A program made the translations under genes and the position numbers. Below the pieces are notes generated by a model, which was given only the letters and a program-made list of their open reading frames with translations, had not been told where the DNA came from and did not search any database. From Selaginella moellendorffii (taxonomy: Eukaryota > Plantae > Lycopodiophyta): DNA of 64,000 nucleotides. The stretch spans positions 1,354,330 through 1,418,329 of the forward strand of contig NW_003314283.1 of assembly GCF_000143415.4 (NCBI RefSeq), read 5' to 3'. Of this stretch, positions 44,850 to 57,449 are shown piece after piece. How positions within the stretch are numbered: the first letter of the stretch is position 1; the number at the start of each line of letters is the position of its first letter.

Positions 44850-46340
44850 GAACTGAATTCCTAAGGATTCAGTAAGTGGTTCAAAATTTTACTATTCATA
44901 TGTTTCTTGCTATAGCTGTTGAATTTAATTACAACATTCATCAAATAAATGTGAAGTCAATGTTTATTAATGTGATTTACAAGAGGAGATATATATACAA
45001 CAATCAGAAGGATATGTTGTCTTTGCTAAGAACATTTAGTATGTAAGTCTTATGGACTAGAATAAGTAGCATGTGCTTAAGATTTATTTATTTTTATATG
45101 GAGAAAAGTTTCAAAACTAAATATTTATATGTAAATTCAAATATTATTTTAAAGGGGCACCGTGCTTATTGCTTTTTATATCGATGATATTATTTTTATG
45201 ATGAATAACTTGAGTTTTTTTTTAATCAATTTTAAGTCTCAATTTAAGCATAACTTTTGATATGGTCAATAGTGGCTCTATACACTATTGCTTAGACATT
45301 GAGTTCATACATAATCTTGATCAAGGTATTTCCTTTAATTTTTTTTCTGAATTTCATTAAGGTTATCTTATTTAATCTGGCTCTATTGCACTACATTCTT
45401 CTATGAAACTTTCCTATATTTTGGAATGATGGATTATATTGTAGTCAAATTTTACATCTCCATATTTTATTCACTTTACTATATTAGGGTTATTTGGCTT
45501 AGATTCTTAGGGCAATGATGGAGCAAAATTAGTTCTTCAATACTTTTAATCATGGCCTATACTCGTTTTGGAACTTGTTCAATGATATTAATAGTTTATA
45601 TTGATTCAGATTGGGCTAGTGCAATTTATCAATCTGCAAGTGGCTCCTATATTTACATAAATTTTTGTGTTCTTTTTAGTTTTTATATGTGAACATTATA
45701 TAGCAATATTTGCTATAGAAGCAGAATATGTTATAGTTAGTATGGCCACTCAAGAAATCATATAACTTCATAAATTACTTATGACTTCAAACATCCTTTA
45801 TCACTCCCTAAATCTTTATATTGTGATAATAAATTTATTATTGTTTTGGCCAAATATCTAAATTTTCACTCAATTTTAAATATATTAATACACATACTAT
45901 TTCTATATTCATGAAAGAAGGTTGCCATTATGGAATTAGTTACTACACAGGATATAGTGGCTAGTATTTTTACAAAGTCTCTTTTGTTATCTTTGTTTTT
46001 GATTTGTATATAACTTTTTCTGGTATGATATTTTAAATTAGTTTTTAGTTATTAATTGGCTACAATCAGATTGGTTTCAATATTGTTGTTTTATATAAGC
46101 TAGGGTTTCAGGCTAATCAAATATACACATTTTTATAATTCATTTCCATACACTCTATATTATATTTTTAAAGAGAAAATATAAAGAAAATATAAAATTG
46201 TGCTCATAAAAGGTGCTTGATAACTCCTCCAGAACAAAAAGCTATCAAGTCTAAATGGGTTTTAAGGTTAAAACTCATGCTAACAGTTCTTTTGATAAGT
46301 TTAAAGCTCGGTTAGCTGCAAAAGGATATTTGTAAGTTGT
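44850..46340 (+). mobile_element. Highly degenerate Ty1/copia RT-RNase H remnant within an AT-rich block (~42.65-46.4 kb)
   Basis: Ghost motifs: VKS.F.N.DLQEEIYIQQ.EGY, YIDSDWA, EAEY, YCDNK, IFTKSL and KAIKSKWV...FKARL.AKGY. Confidence 0.8.
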
Positions 46341-46710
46341 TAGTGTTGATTTTTTATTATTTCCAACTAAAGATTAATCCTTAGTTGACGTGGACTTAAA
46401 TATGTCCAGATATATTATCAATCACATCGGAAGAAAATAGGGTATAGCGTTGTCAGCCAAGTGGATTTTGAGGAAGTAATATTCGATGGATCATTCATGC
46501 ATTTGTCCAAACCCAAGGTAGCAATCAAGAAGGAACAGGAACTTTTCCGAGAATAATCTCACTTGTATTGACTTGTCGGTCCAGTGAGTTGAGAAATCTT
46601 CTCAGTGGAACTGAATCTTCTTTTTGGTGGACTGAAAGCGCGTTCTTTCGTAATAAAGTCTTCCGAGGTGAGCTACTCCTTTTGATTTCTACAGTGTTTC
46701 TTCATTGGCT

Positions 46711-47776
46711 ATGGTGTGCGGATCCGAGACTACTCTTGCTAAGCTGCGTGATGGACGATCTCTTGCTTACATCGAGTATGGCATTGAAAGAAAACTGGCC
46801 ACCCACAAAGTGATCGTCATCCATGGACTTGCGAGTTCCCGCCACCATCGTCTCCCCTGCTCAGAGGTTCTTTTCCTAAGTTTCCTATCAATCTCTCAGG
46901 GCTTTGTGTTTCTCTGTTTGTCCAGAAAGTTGTCAAGGAGCTCGGAGTTTGTTTGGTCGGATTCGACAGGGCTGGCTATGGAGAGAGTGATCCAAATCCA
47001 CAGCGCTCGATCAGATCTGATGTCTCGGATATCGAAGAGCTAGCAGATCATCTGCAGCTTGGTGACAAGTTCTACATTGTAGCCACTTCCATCGGCGGCT
47101 ACTCTGCTTGGGGATGCCTGAAGTACATACCGCACAGGTTCTATCCTCTAGATTTTTCTCCGAGTCTTCTGAGAGTTTTTGTACTTTCCAGAATTGCTGG
47201 AGTCTCGATGATCGCTCCAGCAGTGAACTTCTGGTGGCCAGGCTTGCCACAAGATCTGTCAAAACAAGCACTTAGCTCTCGAGTGCTTTTGGATAGCTTG
47301 ATCTTGAATGCAGTCCATCATACTCCATGGCTTCTCAACTGGTGGAGCTTTCCATCCGGTCCTATGCATCTCGACGAGGTAGACATCAAAATTCTCACGG
47401 AATCTCCAATCATAAAGGTGAGAACTTTTGCTACAAAACATTCCAATCCATATGACCATTTCTTTTTTCTTCTCAGGAGATAAGTTTGCAAGCTACGCAG
47501 CGATCTCATCGTCAATCTCTCAACAAAGACATGCTCCTCCAATTCGGAAAGTGGGAGTTTGATCCGCTCGAGCTCCAGGAGCCCGGAGATTTTCGCGTCT
47601 CGATCTGGCAAGGCGATCGAGACTATCCAGTCCCAGTGGAGCTGCAGCGATTCGTCCACAAAAAGCTTCCATGGCTCGACTATCACGAAATCGCGGGCGT
47701 CGGCCACTTGGTCGTGCTTGTTCCAGGCTATGGAGACGAGATCATCTCCAATCTCGTGCTCCCTCGCGAAATCTAA
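46711..47776 (+). CDS. Alpha/beta-hydrolase (plant esterase/lipase-like family), copy 1
   Basis: KLRDGRSLAYIEYG, HGLASSR, FDRAGYGESDPNP, nucleophile elbow ATSIGG, IWQGD.D..VP and GVGH. Confidence 0.88.
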
Positions 47777-47860
47777 ACGATTTAAAATTTTAAATTAACT
47801 TTCGCGCTCTAGTTTGAGTGTTCTTACTATTTCTCTAGGTCTAGAGTAGAGAGCTCGGCT

Positions 47861-49159
47861 ATGGCGGTAGATCTTCTCGCTTCAGTCGGAGGTATGTGCA
47901 TTTCAATCCCATCCAGGAATCGCGATCCAGTAGCTTCTCAGGTCCCTGGCCGACAGTGGTGGCGCTAGCCGCTGGAATTATCATACCCTGGATCTACTTG
48001 CTGCTCAAGCCGCCGCCGCCCAAGATCTGTGGAACGCGGCGCGGCCCTCCCATCACGGCTCCTCGAATCCGACTTCGCGATGGCCGATACATGGCTTACA
48101 AGGAGCAGGGAGTTCCAAAGGATCTGGCCAAGCACAAGGTGATCTTTGTGCATCCATTCTCGGGATCTCGGCACAGCTTGTTGCAAATCTCACAGGTACG
48201 CAAGCTACATTTTTGCTAGCGGGGAAAGCTCTTGAAATTCTTCGTGCTTCTTTGCTTTCTGGTGGCCACGAACGAACATACGCAACTATCACAGGAAGTT
48301 TTGGAGGGACTAAGTGTGTATATGGTAGCTTTCGACAGGGCTGGCTATGGCGAGAGCGATCCATTCCCAGAGAGAAGCGTCAAGAGTGAAGCTCTGGATA
48401 TCCAGGAGCTCGCGGACCAGCTCCAGCTCGGGCAGAAGTTCTACGTTGTTGGGCTTTCCATGGGAGGATATCCGTGCTGGGCTTGTCTCAAGCATATACC
48501 ACACAGGTAAGTAGTTCTATCGCATCGAGAGAGATCGATCTAAGTTCTTCCTTGTTTGGTTTTCTAGGCTGGCTGGAGTTGCTATGATGGCTCCAGTGGT
48601 GAATTACTGGTGGCCTAGTGCTAGCAAGGAGATCTCTGGCGAGGCCTTCTCCTCGCGGCCCCTGGGTGACAAGATAACTCTCCGGATCGCTCACTACGCG
48701 CCATGGTTGATGCATACCTGGTCCAAGCAAACTTTTCTTCCATCGTTCCTGAATGGCATCGGCAAGGAGAAGTTCATGAACAAGATGGACTTGGAGATCA
48801 CAGCAGCCAGGAAGAACGCTGGAATTCCTGTAAGTTATTGGGATCACTTTGATTGACTTAGAACTTACTCTCGGTTTTCCTAGCATCAAGAGACCGCGAT
48901 CCAGCAGGGAACATCCGAGTCACTGCACAGAGATCTCGCCGTGGGGTTTGGAAAATGGGATTTCTTCCTCGCAAACGCCGGCGTTCCAGTTCACGTATTC
49001 CAAGGCGACGAAGACAATCTAGTCCCAGTGAGTATCCAGAGACACGTCGCGGAGAAACTTCCATGGATCAACTATCACGAGCTCCCTGGCGTTGGACACT
49101 TGCTGGATTTCGTTCCAGGATTAAACGACAAGGTTCTTACAACACTTTTAGCTTCGTGA
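47861..49159 (+). CDS. Alpha/beta-hydrolase (plant esterase/lipase-like family), copy 2, with N-terminal membrane anchor
   Basis: PPPPKICG..GPPITAPRIRLRDGR..AYKE.G, FDRAGYGESDP, GLSMGG, FQGDED..VP and GVGHL. Confidence 0.9.
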
Positions 49160-49213
49160 TCGATCGACTTGTTTATAAGTTTCGTGTAAACAAAGACTAT
49201 GAGGAACACTAGA

Positions 49214-49918
49214 CTATTCCGTCCAAGGCTTGCGCGGGGTGGAATCATCCTCCACTAAACAAAAGCTTGGATCCACCTTTCTCATTTCTTTGAGGCCAAG
49301 CTCGTAAATCTCCCGGGAATTGGTCTTCGATTCAAGGTAGAGTTTCTCCATAGCTTCCACCAGTGTCAACTTTTTCCTCCAGCCGTGAGAGTCTTCCATA
49401 CACTTGAGAATTATCCCCAAGGCACGAACAAGGTTGTTCTTCCTCCTCATCTCATACACTTTCGCAACATCTGTGATCACCTCATGCTCGTTGTAGATTC
49501 GCTCGTAAACTTTGAGCAAATTCCTCTCTTCTCCAATCCGAGCGTTTGCCTTTGTATCATCCACCAGGATTGCCCTCTCCATACAAAGGCCCTCCACACG
49601 ACCCTCGAGAATCTTAGCTTTAAGGGGAATATCCATCACCACCCCGAGCTTGGACAAGGCATGTCCAAATCTCTCCCTGGCAATCGAATCAAGCCTGGAA
49701 ACCAGCTCCATGCTTCTCTGTACGTGGCCCAAGCTATAGAAATGGATGCAAACATTGGGCATCTTGTCCAGAGCCACTAGAAACTCGAGAGCTCCATGAG
49801 CAAACTGGTAAGAAAGTTCCCCCATTACAAATGGCCCTCTTGGATAGAGTAGTGTTTCGTCGATGTCGACGAACACATCCACCCTCTTGGGTCGCCAAAT
49901 CTTCCTGAGTAGATCCAT
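49214..49918 (-). CDS. HAD-superfamily (FCP1/NIF-like) phosphatase-domain protein, intronless
   Basis: Motif I VFVDIDETL, motif II-like HFYS.G, motif IV ILVDD. Telo-box repeats lie directly upstream. Confidence 0.65.
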   Translation of the reverse strand: MDLLRKIWRPKRVDVFVDIDETLLYPRGPFVMGELSYQFAHGALEFLVALDKMPNVCIHFYSLGHVQRSMELVSRLDSIARERFGHALSKLGVVMDIPLKAKILEGRVEGLCMERAILVDDTKANARIGEERNLLKVYERIYNEHEVITDVAKVYEMRRKNNLVRALGIILKCMEDSHGWRKKLTLVEAMEKLYLESKTNSREIYELGLKEMRKVDPSFCLVEDDSTPRKPWTE

Positions 49919-50093
49919 ATCAACTCGCAAACCCTAACCCTAAATTTATAGCGTAGCCAACCTAAAATCTATAATTAATTAAAGGTAAACTTAAAAGCTA
50001 CCTCATCATGCCACATCAGCATGTGCTAGGGGTCTCTCTCTCTCTCTCTCTCTGTGCTGTCTCATGACAAGTGGATGATCGTACCTCCGTTCC

Positions 50094-52844
50094 TTGATTC
50101 TGGCATCTCGCATTTTTTGGAATGATCTTCGCCTCTCAGGATCGCGGGATCCATACCACAGTTGCGTCCAGCTACTGCGGGAGAGCAGCAGCGCCAGAGC
50201 TTTGCTCGCCGGGAAGCGTGTGCACGAATTCATCCAGGAAAGAAGATGGAGCCACGATCGATTGCTGGGGAATCTCCTTGTCCAGATGTATGGAGCTTGC
50301 GGCTGCGTGGAGGAGGCCAAGGCTGTGTTCGAGGGGATTCACGGGAGGAACGTTTTCTCGTGGAATCTCATGCTTCTGGCATATGCCCAGAATGGGTATT
50401 TTCTGGGTGGAAGAAAAGCATTCGACCAGATGCCCAGCTGGGACGTTGTCTCTTGGAGCACTTTGGTGACGTTTTTCTGCCAAACAGGTGACATTCATTC
50501 AGCAAAGAATGCATTCGATTGCATGCCTCAGAGAGAACTTTTGTCGTGGAACACTTTACTTGCAGCAAATGCCAGAAATGGGCAAATACACGACGTGCAA
50601 GGGATGTTTGTTCGAATGCCCGCGCACAGCCTAGCTTCGTGGAACTCAATAATCACTCTCGTCTCGGACAGCACGAACGCTAACTATGCAAGCTATATAT
50701 TTGCGGCAATGCCCAGTCGAGACGAGATTTCCTGGAATTCTATGCTTTCTGTATATACCCAAGCCGGGCATATGGACTCGGCAAAAGCGCTCTTTGATTT
50801 TTTCCCTGCATGGAACTTGAGGGCTTGGAACGCGATGATCACAGCTTACGCTCAGATTCCTGCTTGCTCCCAGGACTCGAGACTGACCTTTGAGAGCAGT
50901 CCGCAGCGAGACTCTGTGTCGTGGAACGGATTGATCCGAGCTCTTGCAGACGATCACGTTGCTCGGCAGGCCGTGTTTGATGCAATGCCACAGCGAGACG
51001 TTGTTTCGTGGACCTCCATGGTCCAGGCGAGCTTGGATCAAGGCTTGTTTGATCCTGCTAGAGAGCTCTTTGATGCTATGCCTTCCAAGAATGTTGTGAC
51101 TTGGACGATGGTAGTCACAGCGTTTGCGGAGTGGAGCAGCGAGCTTCTGGATCGAGCGGAGTGGATCTTCCACCGGATGCCGCAGCACAACTTAGTGACT
51201 TGGAATGTGATGCTCTCGGGTTTCGCACAGAACGGGAAAGTTGACAATGCCAAGCTCATGTTTGAGAGCCTTCCAGCGAGAGATACTGTTTCGTGGAACA
51301 CGATGATGAGCTCGTACAGTGCCACCGGTGGGTTTCTGGAGGAATCGAGGGACTTGTTCTTCCGGATTCCTCGCAGGGATTTAGTTTCTTGGAACTCGAT
51401 GCTTGTGGCTCTCGTCTTAAACGATGATCTTGCTGGTTCGAGGACGGTGTTTGATTTGATGCCTCGAAGAGATGTCGTGAGCTGGAAGATCTTGATCCAG
51501 GGTTATGCTCAAGAGGGCGATATGGATCGAGCGAGAGGCTTGTTGGAGAGCGGGATTTATGCTCTTGGTTCATCATCCAGTGGACTGATTTGGTCGATCT
51601 TGCTTCGAGGATACAGCTCCAATGGCTTGAGTATAGAGGCGTTCGAGCTCTTGAAGAGGATGGACCTGGAAGGTGTCAAGCTCATTAGCAGTTCTTACAC
51701 TGCTCTTCTCGACGCTTGCTCGGGCCCCGAGTTCTTGGAACTCGGCAAAGAAACTCATGCTAGAGTTTTGTTCTCGGGACTCGACAAAGATCCCTGCGTG
51801 GTGAGCTCGCTCATCGTCATGTACGGGAAGTGTGGAAGCTTGCATGACGCGGTGACGACGTACAGCCGGCTTGATCGACCAGACGTGGTTTGCTCCAACT
51901 CGATGATCACAGCTTACATCCACAATAGTCGCATGGCAGAAGCTCAGGGCGTCGTCGAGAGTATGGTTGATCCGAGCGTGGAGAGTTGGAACATACTCCT
52001 CCACGGCTATGGCCAGAACAGAAATCTCGAAGAGGCAAAGCTTTTGTTCGACAAGCTTCACGAGCGTGATGCTATGTCGTGGAGCTCGATCTTGTGTGCG
52101 TACGTAGCAGCCGGTCTTGGAGCCGAGGCTTTGATGACCTTCCGAGAGATGGACTTGGAAGGCTTCAGGCCTAGCACGAAATGCTTGGTCGCTGTTCTAG
52201 ACGCCTGTGGCTCTCTCCTGGGTGATTTTGCTCACTGCAAGATCGTCCACTCGAGCATAGCCGAGGCTGGATTGGATCGGCTCAAGGGCGTGGAGACCTC
52301 GATCATCAGCATGTACTCAAGGTGTGGAAGCCTGCGAGTTGCGAGAGAGATCTTTGACAAGCGCCCTCAAGAGCTTCGAGCTCGCTGGAGCTCGATGATC
52401 GCCGGCTACGCTCAAAACGGCCATGCGCGCGAAGCTCTCGATCTATTCAGGCAAATGCTGCTCGACGGAGTGGAGCCAAACTCGATCACGCTCGTCTCGA
52501 TCATCTCCGCGTGTAGCCACACCGGAGCTCTGGGAGATGGTCTCCGCTGCTTCGGAAGCTTGAGGCAAGACTTCAACATCGTTGCCTCGGATGATATCTA
52601 CAAGTGCGTGGTGGACGTTCTGGGACGAGCCGGGATGCTGAGCGAGGCCGAGGAGTTCATCTCTGCGATGATGCCATTCGAAGCCGATAGCTGCACTTGG
52701 ATGAGCTTGCTGGGGAGCTGTAGAAGCCATGGCGATGTCAGGAGAGGCCAAAAGATCGCGGCTATGGAGTTTGAAGCTTGGTCGCCAACTTCTTCCACCT
52801 TTGTGCTTCTTTCCAACTTGTGTATTCCTGGGAAAAGTTTATAG
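50094..52844 (+). CDS. PLS-class pentatricopeptide repeat protein with C-terminal E domain, no DYW
   Basis: Many MP.RD.VSWN short PPR motifs; ends in ACSH.G...VD.LGRAG...EAE.FI..MPFE.D...W.SLLG.CR.HGD. The true start is uncertain because the ORF opens on TTG. Confidence 0.9.
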   Translation: MILASRIFWNDLRLSGSRDPYHSCVQLLRESSSARALLAGKRVHEFIQERRWSHDRLLGNLLVQMYGACGCVEEAKAVFEGIHGRNVFSWNLMLLAYAQNGYFLGGRKAFDQMPSWDVVSWSTLVTFFCQTGDIHSAKNAFDCMPQRELLSWNTLLAANARNGQIHDVQGMFVRMPAHSLASWNSIITLVSDSTNANYASYIFAAMPSRDEISWNSMLSVYTQAGHMDSAKALFDFFPAWNLRAWNAMITAYAQIPACSQDSRLTFESSPQRDSVSWNGLIRALADDHVARQAVFDAMPQRDVVSWTSMVQASLDQGLFDPARELFDAMPSKNVVTWTMVVTAFAEWSSELLDRAEWIFHRMPQHNLVTWNVMLSGFAQNGKVDNAKLMFESLPARDTVSWNTMMSSYSATGGFLEESRDLFFRIPRRDLVSWNSMLVALVLNDDLAGSRTVFDLMPRRDVVSWKILIQGYAQEGDMDRARGLLESGIYALGSSSSGLIWSILLRGYSSNGLSIEAFELLKRMDLEGVKLISSSYTALLDACSGPEFLELGKETHARVLFSGLDKDPCVVSSLIVMYGKCGSLHDAVTTYSRLDRPDVVCSNSMITAYIHNSRMAEAQGVVESMVDPSVESWNILLHGYGQNRNLEEAKLLFDKLHERDAMSWSSILCAYVAAGLGAEALMTFREMDLEGFRPSTKCLVAVLDACGSLLGDFAHCKIVHSSIAEAGLDRLKGVETSIISMYSRCGSLRVAREIFDKRPQELRARWSSMIAGYAQNGHAREALDLFRQMLLDGVEPNSITLVSIISACSHTGALGDGLRCFGSLRQDFNIVASDDIYKCVVDVLGRAGMLSEAEEFISAMMPFEADSCTWMSLLGSCRSHGDVRRGQKIAAMEFEAWSPTSSTFVLLSNLCIPGKSL

Positions 52845-53691
52845 TTTGGTGGAGTTTCCAATTGGAAAGGTAGAACCACTGACATCTATTATGACGGAAA
52901 TAACGCTCCATGAAGAACGTTCTAAAAATCTCCACCACTTGGTTTGGTGAAGATCACGGGCGAGAGAGTTATTATGTTGTCGATTTAGCTGGATACCAAA
53001 AGCGATAGCAAGCCTCACCATTTTATTTGAAAAATGAGAAGAGAAAACTTGTTGATCTCAGCTAAAAACTTTTTACTGACTAGCAAAGAGTCATCAACAT
53101 ATAGACATAGAATCATCTCCCACTTTCTCATAAACATTTTTTAAGCTTGTTTTAAGGCTTTGTGTTCCTCACAGTTTCACTTGATAGCCCTTAGACTCTA
53201 TCTAGAGTTTTTCCTCAAGATCTAGCTGTTTTATATGTTGCTCCACTTGGTTGAATAAATTCATATTTCACCTCGCCCTCATTGTCATAAACTTTGAACA
53301 AATTCCTCTCTTCTCCCACAAAATTTCATCCATCACAAGAGAATACTAGGGTTACGCGTCACCGCCTCAAGCTTGCGCCACTAAGAAAGTTCAAAAGATG
53401 TGTTAGCCTAATCCTAGCAAAGCCAAACCTATATTAAAAAGTGACGATATTTGTGTGAAGCTTCAAACAAATGACACGCGGTAAATTCTCATTCACCCGT
53501 TTAATTTTATCTTTGACCCCGTCCTTTTTCTTTTGAGAGGCAGGCTTTCGCGAGCTCAGTCACGGATCCCTTGGCGACGATTCAGCTGGACCGAAAAGCT
53601 TCTCTAGTCCCGGGCAAGCACAGCGCGATAGGTGTGCTCGATCAATCGCTCGCTCCATCGCTCAATCGCGCGCTCTCCGTGCGATTGATTG

Positions 53692-55449
53692 ATGGGTTCT
53701 TCTTGCGATGGTGGAGGCGGAGGAGGAGGAGAAGTGAGCTGCTGTAGATCGCCCAAATCGCCCGGCTTGTTCCTCGTGACAGGGATCAAATCCAAGCAGA
53801 TGCTCGTCTCGCTGCTCGCGATCGTTTGTGGCCTCCTGCTGCTGCTCAAGAACCCATCCTTGCTCGAATCCGAGCGCTGGAGACCCGGTAAGCGCGTAGC
53901 TTGTTACCGTGCTTCACATTGCCATCCCTGGATCGATCGAGAGCCTTTTTGCTCTCGATCTTCCTTCCAGCGATGGTCCAACTCACCGATCTTGTGGGCT
54001 TGTTTGTTTTTCTGGAGCAGTCATATTCCAGCAGGACCATCACCTGGACCTCGGCAGTGGTACGTACCTTCATGTTCTTCGTTGTCTTCTCTTTAAAACC
54101 CTTTTTCTTCTTGTCCTTCTTCCTCTCCCTCTTTGTATTTTAATGGCGCAGCTTTAAAGAATGACCGAGCCGTTCCCATCGCGGCTTCACACAGCTCACA
54201 CTCCACGAACTTTGGAATCTCCCCATCTATCGACGATGACACCACCAACACAAGTAAGCTCTCAAAGTTACAGAAACTATGGCGATAACTTTGATCTCGC
54301 AGATGGCAGTGGTGATCGCTGCGATTTCTCGCGTGGGCGATGGGTTTTCGACGAGACAAAGCCGCGCTACACTGGCCACCACTGCCGGGCATGGCTTTCC
54401 AAGCCCTGGATGTGTAGATTGGATCGACATCACAACTTAAGTTACGAGAGCTACCGCTGGCAGCCGCGCGGATGTGACTTGCCAGGCTTTGATTCCACAC
54501 AGCTCCTCCACAGGTCAGTACACAATCATTTCCTCCACTTCGCTCGCCACGGGTACCGCGCGGTACCGCACGCTACTGCGCATCACAATCTACCGTGCTG
54601 TACCGCGCGGTGTGCCGTGCTAACGGGGCCGTGTCTAGATTGAGGAACAAGACGATAGCGTTCGTGGGCGATTCGCTGGGGCGGCAGCAGTACCAGTCGA
54701 TGATTTGTATGCTGGTGGGCGACGCTTCCATGCCCAAGATCACGGACGTTTCGATCGAGTATGGGCTGGTGACCAAGGGCGAGGGCGCGCAACGATTCGC
54801 CGCCACCAACACGACGGTCCTCTTCCACTGGTCGGCGTCGCTGGGCGATCCGCAGCCCCTCGAGGCCGGGCTATGGGCGCTCCACCTCGATCGAGCGCCG
54901 GGGTTTCTCGCCAGGAACGCGCAGAGATTGGATGTGGTGATCGTCAACACTGGTCACCACTGGAATCGGGGAAAGATCCGCGCGAACAAGTGGGTCCTCC
55001 ATGTCGATGGCAAGGTCGCGAATTTGCGAGTGGATGCCGCGAGGAGGATCGCGCTGACGAGCGCGGCGCGGTGGCTGGGCGAGCAGCGGGAGAGGATCCG
55101 GGGATTCGTGAGGAGCTTGTCGCCCAGGCACTTCCGGGGCGGGGACTGGAACTCTGGCGGGCGATGCGATGGGATTCGAGAGATCGAGGAGGAGGAAGAG
55201 CTTGGCGGGGATTTGATCGCCCAGGAAGCCGTGAGGAGCACGAATGGAGCAGTGACGCTGCTGGAGATTAGCAATCTCTCCAGGACGAGGGGCGAGGCTC
55301 ACATCTCCTCGGCATTCGTTGGATCGTCCTCTTCTTCTTCTTCATCCTCTCCCAGGCAGCAGGATTGCTTGCACTGGTGCTTGCCCGGCGTCCCCGATAC
55401 TTGGAACGAGCTCTTGTTCGCCCATCTCATCGATGATCGTGCCCCTTGA
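53692..55449 (+). CDS. TBL: Trichome birefringence-like (TBL) O-acetyltransferase, multi-exon
   Basis: N-terminal TM segment, PMR5N-like CDFSRGRWV...YRWQP.GC, GDSLGRQQ and DCLHWCLPGVPDTWNELL. Confidence 0.92.
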
Positions 55450-55800
55450 TTCTTTCCACGCTGGGATATCGCAGTTTTCCTCGCAGATGGAATGATCTGT
55501 GCCTCTCGAGCTCGCGGATCCGTGGGGAATCTCTTTTTCCGGATGGGTGTATGGATCTTGCGGCTGCGTGGAAGAGGCCGAGGCCTTTTCTCGTGATTTT
55601 AGAGCGATCACGTTGCCCGCGTTTGATGCACTCACGGATTGTTTTTGGAATGCCCAGGAAAAATCAAATGCAACTAACATTGCCCAGTGGAGACGATATT
55701 TCTTGGAATTCTGCAGTTGCTGCATACGGGTATATATGCTTTTGGCATATGCCCTCTTTCCTGAGAGAATGTTCTCAGGAACGTCAAATCTTTTTCGTGT
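55446..55800 (+). pseudogene. PPR gene 5' remnant (paralog of the gene at 50094)
   Basis: Matches 50092-50400 in pieces (TGGAATGATCT, GGGGAATCTC, YG.CGCVEEA.A), with deletions. Confidence 0.7.
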
Positions 55801-55949
55801 GTGCTTTCGGTTGCGGCAAATACGATGAGATGAGGACTCTGAGAGGAGCTTGGTGTGATCGTCAAGTCCTCAACTCCCAAAGAAATCAAAGAGTGATTTG
55901 AGAAAATGCCTGGGCCCTTTGGTTCCATCTGGGGCTCTGGATTGAGAAC

Positions 55950-57400
55950 AAGTGAGAGAACGTGCAATTCTGTAGCTCCGTACTTTTGTTCCATCCCTTG
56001 GCTCAAATGCTTTTGTTTTTTGCGAAGTGGTGAATCAGGATCCAGCTGAAATTTGGGAAGCTCAGATGTGTCGGGTGACGCACAAGTAAAACCAAACTGG
56101 CATGCCAGCTTTTCGATCAACCTGGACTGCAAAAAGCGGCCACAGCAACTCAACGCCGTTGAGCAAAACTGTTTGGACAAGAACACCATCGTCAATTGCC
56201 TTGAGCAGTGTGTCCATGTTGAGAACTGGAGTTATGCCATTAGGCCTTGTGCCCTCGTGTCAAAGAGTATATGTCGAGCACAGGCTCTCTCAGCACTTCT
56301 TCATGCTCGTATATGCACAGAGAACCCTCTGTCTTTGAGAAAACTACGTCCCAGTCAGAGCCATACTTCGAGAGCATCGACCGTCAGGTTCCTGTTTCCT
56401 TTGCTTACGTCCCACTTAAGAGGTGCTTAGGACCTATAAGCCTCGCCAACCGTGGTAGACCGCACAGACAGAAGCTCAGTGTCCCCTGCATTGTCGCTGC
56501 AGATCAAATCCGATACAGTTGCTGCACCGAAAGCCACTGGTGTGGAATATCTCGGTCAGCCTGGATGCATCGTCCACTAACCATATCACCCGTTTCCCTG
56601 CGTGACGCAATACGTCTGCCACTCTATTCCACCCGGATGATGGTGCCTTGAGCTCGCCATCACTTTCCTTCACCAATTCATCCAGTAACGGAGCGAAAAA
56701 CTCCCGTGCCGCTTCTAGCTCCATCTTGTTTGCGTACTTGACGTGCATATTCTCAAGATTACCAGGTAACCCCTCGTCAGCTCCTGACGAAGTGCTTTGA
56801 GCAAAGTCATCTTTCCGGATTGCCAAGCTCCTGTCAGCGTAAGTTGTTGACAAGATCATCCAGATGAGGCCATGGAACGTAGTAATGTGCCGAAAGATTC
56901 TATGCACTTCCAGAAAAGAAATCCTGTCTTTGCGTTCGCGAGCTTCTCCCCCATACGATTTAGCCAAACACTTGGGAACCTTTTTATTTTACTAATGTTT
57001 TTCTTTCACCGCCTTCGATATTGCAGCTATTGGGTGCGAGAGCTTTTCCGGGAAGCGCGCAGCTTTGCTATGATCTAGTGGCTGCTTGGGAGGAGCATTG
57101 CCTTAACCACGGACGAGCTGGTTTCTTTTGATATTAAAAGAGGTTTTCTCGTGGAACACTTTACTTGCAACGGTGGGCAAGTTTATCACTGGCAACGATG
57201 CTAAAATCTTGCCTCAAGCTCTCAAAGTAGTGCAGCCCATCGGCTAGGAGACATGAACGAGACAAGCGTGATCAAGTTACCTTTCGATGCAATTCTGGCC
57301 GATAGTGTCAGGCAAACTCGAAAACATAATAGCAGCTGATGGGTCGCTTGTATTCATGCTGCATAAGCTCCTCAAACCACTGGTGTGCTAGACCAAGTTC
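55950..57400 (-). pseudogene. Probable degraded NTPase-like gene related to the 31.8-32.3 kb remnant
   Basis: ORF 56476-56967 contains GKRVIWLVDDASRL, similar to GKVIWLVTDRDRL at 32 kb. Coding-like GC content but fragmented. Confidence 0.35.
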
Positions 57401-57449
57401 CACAACATGAAGCAGCCCAATGTAATTTGCTTAAAAGCCAAAACTCACA

